DNA of 64,000 bases from NCBI GenBank assembly GCA_965224625.1, contig CBDCZS010000003.1, positions 42,661-106,660 on the forward strand, read 5' to 3'. Source of the stretch: Bythopirellula sp. Its GTDB lineage: Bacteria > Planctomycetota > Planctomycetia > Pirellulales > Lacipirellulaceae. A program made the position numbers and the translations under genes. Shown piece by piece: positions 18,637-26,957 of this stretch. The notes beneath the pieces were generated by a model. That model ran no database searches and was not told the origin of the DNA. It saw nothing but the letters and a program-made list of their open reading frames with translations. Numbering within the stretch: position 1 is the stretch's first letter; the number at the start of each line of letters is the position of its first letter.

Positions 18637-20184
18637 GTGAATTTGAAATGCATGAATTTGAAATGTATGTGCGTCGTGGGGATGCTTGGGGCGATGCTCT
18701 TCGTCTCTTCGGCTTCGGCTGCGGTCATCAATCTTACTCCCAGTAGCAATTGGTTTGGCATCCTCAACAGTGCAGCCTTTGTGCAACCTGGGGATGAAGT
18801 GATTCTTGCCGCAGGTACGTATAGCGACAGCCGACGACTTAGTTTCAATCAGGTCGGCACGGCTGCAAACCCGATCATCATTCGCGCGGCAGACGGGGCG
18901 AATGTCACCCTGACGCGACCCAATGCCAATCAAAATGTCCTGAATATCGAAGGGGCGCAGCATCTGACATTGAAGGGAATCGAGATCACTGGGGGAAGCG
19001 CGGGTATCCGTATTGGCCAATCCGGCACCCGGCAGTCGAAGTTCGTCACGCTCGACGGAAATCATATCCATAACACCGGCAATGCTGCCGTCACGGCGAA
19101 CTACAATGGCCAATCTTACGAAGGCATGCACTTTCTCAACAACCATATTCACGACACCGGGCAAGAGGGCGAAGGTTTTTATCTGGGTTGTAACAATAAT
19201 GACTGTCAATTTTTTGACGGGGTCATTGAGAAAAACTATATCCACGATCTGGTGGGTGGGACGATTACCCAGGGCGACGGCATCGAGATCAAACATGGCA
19301 GCTACAACAATATCATTCGCGACAATGTCATTCACGACACCAACTTCCCCGGCATTCTTGCTTATGGCACAGCCGGAAATGGCGCGCGAAACATCATTGA
19401 GCGGAATGCCGTTTGGAATTCGGGCGACAATGCCATTCAGGTGGCCGCCGATGCGATCGTGCGAAATAACTTGATTTTCAGTGCCAATGTCGACGGTATT
19501 CACAGTCAAAACCACCAAGGGGCTGTCCCTGGCAACCTTACGATTGTCAACAACACGATTCGGACAGGTAACAATGCAATCGATATTGGTTTTCCTTCCG
19601 GGGGCACGTACAGCGGCCCTATCGAGATTGCTAATAACGCTTTGTACCCCGTCGGGACGTTTGCCATCGATGCTCCGTCGATCGCCGGCATCACTTCGGC
19701 GGGCAATGTTGGTACGGGAGCGATCTCGGGGTCAGGACTTGTGTTTGATTCCTCGGGAGATTTGATCAACGACTTTGTCAACTTCTTCAATAAAGATGTT
19801 TTTCCGAAGGTCGGCTCCAAGCTGATTGGTGCAGGCGATGCGGCTTTTCAGGCTGCCGACGATTTTAATCTCACCTCGCGCAGCGGATCGAACGATGCTG
19901 GGGCCTATGTTTTCGACTCGAACGGTAACCCTGGCTGGGCTGTGACCGCCGCATTCAAGGAGTTTCTTGCCGCTGGCCCTGCCGGCGATTTTGATGGCGA
20001 TAGCGATGTCGACGGAGACGATTTTCTTGCTTGGCAACGTAATCCTGGCCTAGGAGATCTTGCCGACTGGCAAGCCGATTATGGCACCTCCACCGTGCTG
20101 GCGGCGACGACCTCGGTTCCCGAACCAAGTTCGCTGCTACTGCTTGCGATGGGTTCGGCCATGCTGTGGAGACGCAGGCGTTGA
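18637..20184 (+). CDS. Right-handed beta-helix (pectate-lyase-fold) PEP-CTERM protein
   Basis: SD gagga then GTG; signal peptide; PbH1-like repeats including QGDGIEIKHGSYNNIIRDNVIHDT; GDFDGDSDVDGDDFLAWQR; VPEPSSLLLL + RRRR. Confidence 0.87.
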   Translation: MNLKCMNLKCMCVVGMLGAMLFVSSASAAVINLTPSSNWFGILNSAAFVQPGDEVILAAGTYSDSRRLSFNQVGTAANPIIIRAADGANVTLTRPNANQNVLNIEGAQHLTLKGIEITGGSAGIRIGQSGTRQSKFVTLDGNHIHNTGNAAVTANYNGQSYEGMHFLNNHIHDTGQEGEGFYLGCNNNDCQFFDGVIEKNYIHDLVGGTITQGDGIEIKHGSYNNIIRDNVIHDTNFPGILAYGTAGNGARNIIERNAVWNSGDNAIQVAADAIVRNNLIFSANVDGIHSQNHQGAVPGNLTIVNNTIRTGNNAIDIGFPSGGTYSGPIEIANNALYPVGTFAIDAPSIAGITSAGNVGTGAISGSGLVFDSSGDLINDFVNFFNKDVFPKVGSKLIGAGDAAFQAADDFNLTSRSGSNDAGAYVFDSNGNPGWAVTAAFKEFLAAGPAGDFDGDSDVDGDDFLAWQRNPGLGDLADWQADYGTSTVLAATTSVPEPSSLLLLAMGSAMLWRRRR

Positions 20185-20302
20185 AGTTTGTGATTTTGCG
20201 GACAGAAACCACCGGTCTTTCGGGCTTTTGAGTTCGTAAAACAACAGCAGTTCACAACAACAGCAGTTCACAACAATAGCAGTTCAATAGCAGAGATTAC
20301 TC

Positions 20303-21001
20303 ATGAAAAAAACAACGACCCTACTTCGACTTGGTGTTTGCTGTGCGCTGTTGGCGTGTGCGAATGTTGTCGGGGCCGCCGGGTATGCGGACGGGACGCT
20401 TGATATCAGCTTTGGTTTCGGGACGACGCTCAATCAGTTTTCGCCTGCGTCTGACGGCAGCACGAATTATGGAAAGATCCTCACGACCGATGTCCTTGGC
20501 AATACGGTCGCGGCGGGTGTTGGTAATTTTGGTTGGGACGCCACGGCGACAAGGATCGTCCTGAGCGGAGCCTCGTTTGGTGCCTCTGCAAACAGCGGTT
20601 TCTACCACAACGGGTCTTTTGGCTCCACGAATGGCTTGGTGGAATGGGAATCGAACACCTCGATACAAACATTTGGTGATACGCCCTTGTCTGGTGCGGG
20701 GAAAAATACGGCCAATTTTGACAGCATCTACGCTTCAGGGGATCTCAACCAAGATATCACCGGTGGCGTGGTTGGATTTCTCAGTTCCAACGGCAACTGG
20801 GGCTACCTCGAATTCGGTTGGGAAGATGCGAGCAGTACGCTGACCGTCCTTTCGGCCAAGATCCAAAGGCACCTTGGCCAGCCCATCACTTTTACTCCTT
20901 CGGTGGCAATCACTGCGATTCCTGAACCTGGCTCGTTGATGCTTTTTGCGATCGGGGCGGCCATGATTTCGCGGCGACGCGACGGTCGTCGGTCGGCGTA
21001 A
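20303..21001 (+). CDS. PEP-CTERM protein, unknown beta-rich domain
   Basis: Signal peptide; C-terminal IPEPGSLMLFAIGAAMISRRR. Confidence 0.85.
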   Translation: MKKTTTLLRLGVCCALLACANVVGAAGYADGTLDISFGFGTTLNQFSPASDGSTNYGKILTTDVLGNTVAAGVGNFGWDATATRIVLSGASFGASANSGFYHNGSFGSTNGLVEWESNTSIQTFGDTPLSGAGKNTANFDSIYASGDLNQDITGGVVGFLSSNGNWGYLEFGWEDASSTLTVLSAKIQRHLGQPITFTPSVAITAIPEPGSLMLFAIGAAMISRRRDGRRSA

Positions 21002-21062
21002 CGCCCCGGAACCCCGACTGCGATTTCCTTAAGATTATTGAACAGAGACAAGAGACCTAAAC

Positions 21063-22676
21063 ATGACCGTACGAACGATTCTTTTCGCCGCTTCGATATC
21101 GATGGCTTTGGTTGCTACGCAGACTTTTTTGATTGCTACGCGGGCCTATGCCGTGACTTTCAATGTCACACCGCAGGACCCTTGGTTCGAGATGCTCACT
21201 GGCCCTGGCTTTCTTCAGCCTGGGGATGAGTTGGTGTTCGGCGCTGGCACCTACGATCCTGGTAATCCGATCATCAGTATCCGTTACCGTGGGACGGCGG
21301 CCAATCCGATCACGATTCGTGCAGCAGACGGAGCAAGTGTTGTCTTCTCACGAAGTGCCGCGCAAAACACTTTTAATCTGATGGGTGCTCAGTACCTGAC
21401 GATCAAAGATATTGAAATCACGAATGGGGCCACGGCTATTCGTATTGGCAATGACGGGAATATTCCCTCGAAGTTTGTGACCCTCGACGGGCTCAATATC
21501 CACCACACAGGTGGGCAAGGGGTCACGGCAAATTTTGAGGGCCACGATTACGAAGGGATGCATTTTCTGAATAACGAAATTCATCATACTTCGGCCGAAG
21601 GCGAAGCGTTTTACGTAGGCTGCAACAACAACGCGTGTCAGTTTTATGATAGCGTTATCGAGAATAACTATATCCATCATCTCAATGGTCCGAACGTCAG
21701 CCAGGGGGATGGCATTGAGGTCAAGCTGGGGAGCTACAACAACATTATTCGCAACAATGTCATCCACGACACGAAATATCCGGCCATCACGGCCTACGGG
21801 GTCGAAGGGCAAGGAGCGCGAAATATCATCGAAGGCAACGTGATGTGGAATATCGAAAACCACGGCATTCAAGTCGCCTCGGACGCTATTATTAAGAACA
21901 ACCTCGTTCTTAGTGCTCTCTACGATGGCATTCACGTCCAAAACCACCAAGCGGCGGTTCCTGGGAATCTCGATATTCTCAACAACACGATTCGCAGCAA
22001 TGTGGGCAACGACTACAACGTCTCTTTTGTCAGTGGCCATGCGATCCGCATTAATAATCCTGCCGACGACGTTTGGAGCGGTCCGATTTTGATTGCCAAC
22101 AATGCGTTGTATCCAGACGGACCCGACACGTTTCAGAGTCGGGCGATTGGTTCTTATCAGCTAGTTCCTGGTGGAGTCACGGCAACGAATAACGTCGGCT
22201 CGGCAACTGGGCAGGATGTATTCGTAGATTCTTCCGGGAATCTGGCTACCGACTTCGAAGACATTCTCAATTTCGATGCCTTTCCGAAGGCGGGCGGCAA
22301 GTTGATCGGCGCAGGGAGTGCTAGCGACCAGCCGTCGGACGATTTTAATGAGACTTCGCGCAGCGGATCGAATGACGTCGGGGCCTATGTCTATGACGCC
22401 AACGGAAATCCTGGATGGCAAGTCGCTGGTGAGTTCAAGCCACTCGCGACGCCTGGACCCTCGGGCGATTTTGACGCCGATGGCGACGTCGACGGCGATG
22501 ATTTTTTACTTTGGCAACGGAACCCTGGCGTCGGAAGTCTTTCCAGTTGGCAAGGCGATTATGGCGATGGTGGAAACACCCTTGCGGTAAATACTGCGGT
22601 CCCCGAACCGACGACGCTCGTGCTGCTGCTGTTCAGTCTGCCCTGCTTTTTGAAGCGTTCCGCTCGGATGGCTTGA
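21063..22676 (+). CDS. Right-handed beta-helix PEP-CTERM protein, paralog of 18637
   Basis: Signal peptide; QGDGIEVKLGSYNNIIRNNVIHDT; GDFDADGDVDGDDFLLWQR; VPEPTTLVLLLFSLPCFLKR. Confidence 0.87.
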   Translation: MTVRTILFAASISMALVATQTFLIATRAYAVTFNVTPQDPWFEMLTGPGFLQPGDELVFGAGTYDPGNPIISIRYRGTAANPITIRAADGASVVFSRSAAQNTFNLMGAQYLTIKDIEITNGATAIRIGNDGNIPSKFVTLDGLNIHHTGGQGVTANFEGHDYEGMHFLNNEIHHTSAEGEAFYVGCNNNACQFYDSVIENNYIHHLNGPNVSQGDGIEVKLGSYNNIIRNNVIHDTKYPAITAYGVEGQGARNIIEGNVMWNIENHGIQVASDAIIKNNLVLSALYDGIHVQNHQAAVPGNLDILNNTIRSNVGNDYNVSFVSGHAIRINNPADDVWSGPILIANNALYPDGPDTFQSRAIGSYQLVPGGVTATNNVGSATGQDVFVDSSGNLATDFEDILNFDAFPKAGGKLIGAGSASDQPSDDFNETSRSGSNDVGAYVYDANGNPGWQVAGEFKPLATPGPSGDFDADGDVDGDDFLLWQRNPGVGSLSSWQGDYGDGGNTLAVNTAVPEPTTLVLLLFSLPCFLKRSARMA

Positions 22677-23028
22677 AGGCCTGAATGATGCCTAAAAAAA
22701 CACAAAAACACACAAAGACAACACCCGTGTGATACCAACTATTCCCTAGGGTGCCCGTGCGGGCGATGTTACGATAGGAAACATAGCCCTTATGTAGCGG
22801 GTGTATCAGTTTGCTGCGGGTGTATCAGTTTGCTGGCAGCACCTTATCACCGTGATACATGCCGTTGAAAAGGGGCCCCGTTGAAAAGGGCCGTTGAAAA
22901 AGGGTTTAGAGAAACAAAGCTAAGAGGTCGAAACTTTCTACCCGTCGTTAGGCGTGTAGATTTTGCATCGCTCCGATGGGGAGCAACTATTTTTTGTCAG
23001 TACTCGTTTTTGAAAGGCAGGGCTCCTA

Positions 23029-23904
23029 ATGAAGCTCACTTATCTATTCTCTCGACGCGGCAGAATTGCACTGGCCGCAGCGTTGGGACTTTTTGTTGCC
23101 GCTCCGGCAGTTTCTGATGCGACGGTTATTGTTCTGAAAGAGGGTTCTGCCCTTGATTATGCCGAAGGCGATCCTTCGGTGAACTACAATTCGGGTGTTG
23201 CGGGTGGCAACTTTGGTGCCTTCACGCAGTTCACGGCTCTTACCAGCGGCGATGTGGTGAATGTAGCCGTTCACGACACCGAGATGACCACGAACCCCAA
23301 CGCAAGGAACAGCGCTGCTTTTGGACAGGATCCTGCCATGGGCTTAAATAACGGCCTTGCCGGTTTGTTCAAATGGGATCTGTCCAGTCTTCCTGGTTTC
23401 GCTGGATCTACCGTGAATGCGGCTGTCATTCGGCTTTTCCAAAGTACCGGTAATGGCCCACAGACGCTTGGTGTCGTGACCACGCACGACTACGACGAAC
23501 TCACGACCACTCTCGGTAGTCCGGTTGGAACTGCTGTTCCCCTCGCGGGGCCAGGAGAATGGGGGGTCGCCAATGACTCGTTCTTTTCCATTGCGGGAGA
23601 TTCCACATCAGGTACGGCCACTATTTTGCCGACTGATGCGAACTCTGTGAAAATCGTTGGGAAGGGTTACACCACCCACGATGCGACGACCGACCTGCAG
23701 GCCATGGCCAATGGAGCAGTGCAGTATGGTTGGGCTATGATTGGCACCAACGTGACCTACCAGACCAGCGAGACGACTGCTTTCGCAGGGGTTGGTGTAG
23801 AGCCGGCTCTGTTTATTGACTACACGCCAGTGCCTGAACCAACTTCGATGGTTCTGTTGGGTGTGGCCGCCTTCGGCTTGACGATGGTTCGCAAGCGGAA
23901 GTAG
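23029..23904 (+). CDS. PEP-CTERM protein with DNRLRE/CBM96-like domain (paralog 1)
   Basis: SD gaaagg; signal peptide; GLFKWDLSSLPGFAGSTVNAAVIRLF matches the DNRLRE-type xLxFDLSxxP..xxAxLxL pattern; VPEPTSMVLLG + RKRK. Confidence 0.85.
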   Translation: MKLTYLFSRRGRIALAAALGLFVAAPAVSDATVIVLKEGSALDYAEGDPSVNYNSGVAGGNFGAFTQFTALTSGDVVNVAVHDTEMTTNPNARNSAAFGQDPAMGLNNGLAGLFKWDLSSLPGFAGSTVNAAVIRLFQSTGNGPQTLGVVTTHDYDELTTTLGSPVGTAVPLAGPGEWGVANDSFFSIAGDSTSGTATILPTDANSVKIVGKGYTTHDATTDLQAMANGAVQYGWAMIGTNVTYQTSETTAFAGVGVEPALFIDYTPVPEPTSMVLLGVAAFGLTMVRKRK

Positions 23905-23936
23905 TAACCCTTGGTTACAAAAAGGTGTAAAAACGC

Positions 23937-23979
23937 AAACACCGCCCTAAGGCCTCTTGGCCTGGGGCGGTGTTTTTTT
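23937..23979 (+). terminator. Intrinsic terminator after 23029-23904
   Basis: Stem aaacaccgccc/gggcggtgttt with inner aggcc/ggcct, followed by a T7 run. Confidence 0.85.
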
Positions 23980-24306
23980 GTGCGGAGGTCGTTTTGCCTG
24001 GGGTCAGCCTGGGTGAAACAAGAAAAACGTGGTCCAAAAGGCTCGAATAACTTATTCACAACAGGTTTGCCGCGTCGGCCATTCCCTGGGTGCCAGTCGC
24101 GCTTCCTGCTAGAATGGGGGGATGAAGACAAGCCTGAGGGTGGTGCTGAGTATTTTCAATACGTGTGCAGTGCCGGCCATTTGGCATGTCTGTGTTGGGG
24201 GAGGTAGCTCGCCCTTCTCGATTTGTGTCTCTTCGGTGTGATAGGCCTCAACATTTGAGCGGTTGGGCGCACGAACAACGATTGTTCTTTTGAAAGGAAC
24301 GTCCTA

Positions 24307-25194
24307 ATGAAGTTTACCTACATTTTTACTCGACGCGGCCGCATGGCGCTGGCCGCGGCACTGGGGCTGTTTATTGCCGCCCCGGCAGTTTCTGAGGGCG
24401 CGATTGTCGCGCTCAAGGAAGACGACGCAGCGCTGGACTACTCGATTGAAGGTCAATACTCTACGTCGCCTGCTGGTGGTGATTTCGGTGTTTTTACCCA
24501 GTTTAATGGTCTAACGACTGCGGACGTTGTCGAGGTGCATGTCGACGACATATTACTCAGCGGTGGTGCCGACACAAACCTCGGGCAAGAATTTATTGTC
24601 AACAGTACCGGCAATACCGCCAACCTGGCAGTTCTCATGAAGTGGGATCTCTCTTCGTTGCCTGGGTTTGCAGGATCGACGGTCAACGCCGCTGTGATTC
24701 GCTTCTACCAGACAAACGGCCAAGGCATTCCCAAATGGAGTGCAGTCACGACTCACGACTACGACGAGGCCACCGTCACCCCTGGCAGTCCATCTGGAAA
24801 TCCTGTCGCCGGTACTGCTTCTGGCGTTGGCGACTGGGGCCCCGCTTTGGACAGCCCATTCACCTTTGCTGGAGATGCCAGTGTGGAGACCGCTGTGCCC
24901 CTTGATAACACCGTCGTTGGTCGAGGGTACACCACGTTTAATGTGTTCGCCGACGTGACTGCAATGGCCGCTGGCACACCCAACTACGGCTGGGCTGGCA
25001 CCACGGCCTATCCTGGCACTACGGGCAATCATCCTTATGTTTCGAGTGAGAACCCCAACCCAATTTTTGGTACCGCGGTTGGCGCGACTGCTCCGGTGTT
25101 GTTCATTGATTACACACCCGTACCTGAGCCAACCTCGATGGTTCTTTTGGGTATGGCCGCCTTCGGCTTGACGACAATTCGCAAGCGGAAGTAG
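24307..25194 (+). CDS. PEP-CTERM protein with DNRLRE/CBM96-like domain (paralog 2)
   Basis: Same signal peptide and KWDLSSLPGFAGSTVNAAVIR motif as 23029; VPEPTSMVLLG + RKRK. Confidence 0.85.
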   Translation: MKFTYIFTRRGRMALAAALGLFIAAPAVSEGAIVALKEDDAALDYSIEGQYSTSPAGGDFGVFTQFNGLTTADVVEVHVDDILLSGGADTNLGQEFIVNSTGNTANLAVLMKWDLSSLPGFAGSTVNAAVIRFYQTNGQGIPKWSAVTTHDYDEATVTPGSPSGNPVAGTASGVGDWGPALDSPFTFAGDASVETAVPLDNTVVGRGYTTFNVFADVTAMAAGTPNYGWAGTTAYPGTTGNHPYVSSENPNPIFGTAVGATAPVLFIDYTPVPEPTSMVLLGMAAFGLTTIRKRK

Positions 25195-25226
25195 TAACCC
25201 TTGGTTACAAAAAGGTGTAAAAACAC

Positions 25227-25269
25227 AAACACCGCCCTTCGGCCTATTGGCCTGGGGCGGTGTTTTTTT
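25227..25269 (+). terminator. Intrinsic terminator after 24307-25194
   Basis: Stem aaacaccgccc/gggcggtgttt followed by a T run; copy of the 23937 terminator. Confidence 0.85.
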
Positions 25270-25327
25270 GTAGGGTGTTTGAGAGGTTGCGTTTGGTGAG
25301 ATTAGCCTTGGACGATAGAATGTAGGC

Positions 25328-26926
25328 ATGGCGAAAAACAAGCGAGGCAAAGCACGCTCGAAGCAGAAGGCGCGTCGGAAGCAAGGCAGCAATGCCCGGT
25401 CGATGGTCGATGTCGCCTCGGGTCGTCTGGAATCACCGCACTTGCTCTGCCAAGCAGGTCGACACGAAGAGGGGATGGCCCAGTACGCTGAAGCGATTCG
25501 GCAGGAGCCGAACAACATTCGGGCCTACCTGATGGCCGCCCGTGCGGAGGCTCAACGGTTTCATTTCGAGGGCATGGAAAAGCAGTTGCAAAAGCTGATC
25601 CGCCGCGCCCCGCTCCATCCGGGCATCCGGCACTATGTGGGTGAAACGTATGCCCAGCTGAAACTGCCAGCCCGAGCAATCGAAAGCTACGGAAAAGCGA
25701 TGCAGCTTTCGGGCGTTCTGCCGGAGACTTTGGTAGAGTTGGCTTCGCTGTACGAAGGGGCGCACCGGCTTGACGAAGCGAGGGAACTGATCGAGCGAGC
25801 GATGCAGAAGGAGACGGGCCTTCCGAAAATGTGGCTGGTGCGAGGACGCATTCAGCGGCGGCAGAAGGAGCTTGAGCAAGCTGCGTCGACGTTTCGTGAA
25901 TTGATCCAGCGTGTGCACCAGTCGGAATGGGCGTGCCAAGCCTGGAGTGAGCTTGCGTTGATGGCAGATCGCGAGGAGGATTACGAAGGCGCAGTCGAAG
26001 CGATCGACCGTTGTAAGCAGTTGCAACTGGCCCACGAAGACCGGTTTTGGAAAACTTCCGAAAGAATCCAAAGTCGTTTGGAACAGCAAGTTGAAGAGGT
26101 AACAAGCGACCACTTGCGACGCTGGCGTGAACAGGCGTCTGGGTTTGCGGAACATCGAGTTGCGTTGCTCACCGGCTTTCCTCGTTCGGGGACGACCTTG
26201 CTCGAACAGGTGCTCGACGCGCATCCCGATTTGGTCAGCAGCGAAGAACGCGATTTCGTTGGCCAGGAAGTGTTGCGTGTCTTCGACGCCGGGCAAGCTA
26301 CGAGACCGCTGCTCGACGTGCTGAATGACTTGAGCGTGCAGCAGATCGGGCCAGAGCGCGATCGGTATTTTCAGGCGATGGAATATATGCTTGGCGAACC
26401 CATTAGCAGACAGATGCATTTGGACAAAAATCCGGGCTACCTCCTCTCGTTGCCGCTCGTGCTCCGTCTCTTTCCGGAGACGCGTTTGATTGTCGCGCTG
26501 CGTGATCCGCGCGATGTGGTTTTGAGCTGCTATTTGCGCTATCTTCCGTTTAGTGCTGTGAGCGTGAGGTTTTTGACGCTTGAACGTACGGCCCAACGCT
26601 ATGCGTTAGAAATGCGAGCGTGGCTAAAACTACGTGCCATGATCAACAATCCTTGGTGCGAAATCCGTTATGAAGACACGGTGCATGATCTCGAAAGTCA
26701 GGCGAGGAAATCGCTTGATATGTTAGGACTCGCATGGGACTCGCAGGTTCTCAATTACCGCGATCGTCTGGCCAAGGAAAAACGAGTCGTCAGCCCCACT
26801 TACGAAGCGGTCGCCGAGCCGATTTACACACGGGCCGTCGGGCGTTGGAAAAACTACGAAAAGCTGTTGGAACCTGTTTTCGAGACCCTTGCTCCCTTCG
26901 TCAAGGAATTTGGTTATGCTGAGTGA
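25328..26926 (+). CDS. TPR-repeat sulfotransferase (P-loop sulfotransferase family)
   Basis: N-terminal TPR-like helices; 5'-PSB motif GFPRSGTTL; DKNP; 3'-PB motif RDPRDVVLS; YEDxV; VGRWKNY. Confidence 0.92.
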   Translation: MAKNKRGKARSKQKARRKQGSNARSMVDVASGRLESPHLLCQAGRHEEGMAQYAEAIRQEPNNIRAYLMAARAEAQRFHFEGMEKQLQKLIRRAPLHPGIRHYVGETYAQLKLPARAIESYGKAMQLSGVLPETLVELASLYEGAHRLDEARELIERAMQKETGLPKMWLVRGRIQRRQKELEQAASTFRELIQRVHQSEWACQAWSELALMADREEDYEGAVEAIDRCKQLQLAHEDRFWKTSERIQSRLEQQVEEVTSDHLRRWREQASGFAEHRVALLTGFPRSGTTLLEQVLDAHPDLVSSEERDFVGQEVLRVFDAGQATRPLLDVLNDLSVQQIGPERDRYFQAMEYMLGEPISRQMHLDKNPGYLLSLPLVLRLFPETRLIVALRDPRDVVLSCYLRYLPFSAVSVRFLTLERTAQRYALEMRAWLKLRAMINNPWCEIRYEDTVHDLESQARKSLDMLGLAWDSQVLNYRDRLAKEKRVVSPTYEAVAEPIYTRAVGRWKNYEKLLEPVFETLAPFVKEFGYAE

Positions 26927-26957
26927 CGTGAAGTTAAAGGTAAAGGTATCAAAAATC

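Larger units (their letters stand above)
23811..25270 (+). repeat. Direct repeat of about 170 bp (23811-23980 and 25101-25270) covering the PEP-CTERM tail, stop and terminator of two paralogs
   Basis: Near-identical text, e.g. cgcaagcggaagtagtaacccttggttacaaaaaggtgtaaaaac, in both copies. Confidence 0.9.

Noticed and set aside
20240-20292. CRISPR-like repeat
   Set aside because: 16-bp units are directly adjacent with no spacers and no cas genes; this is a simple tandem repeat.
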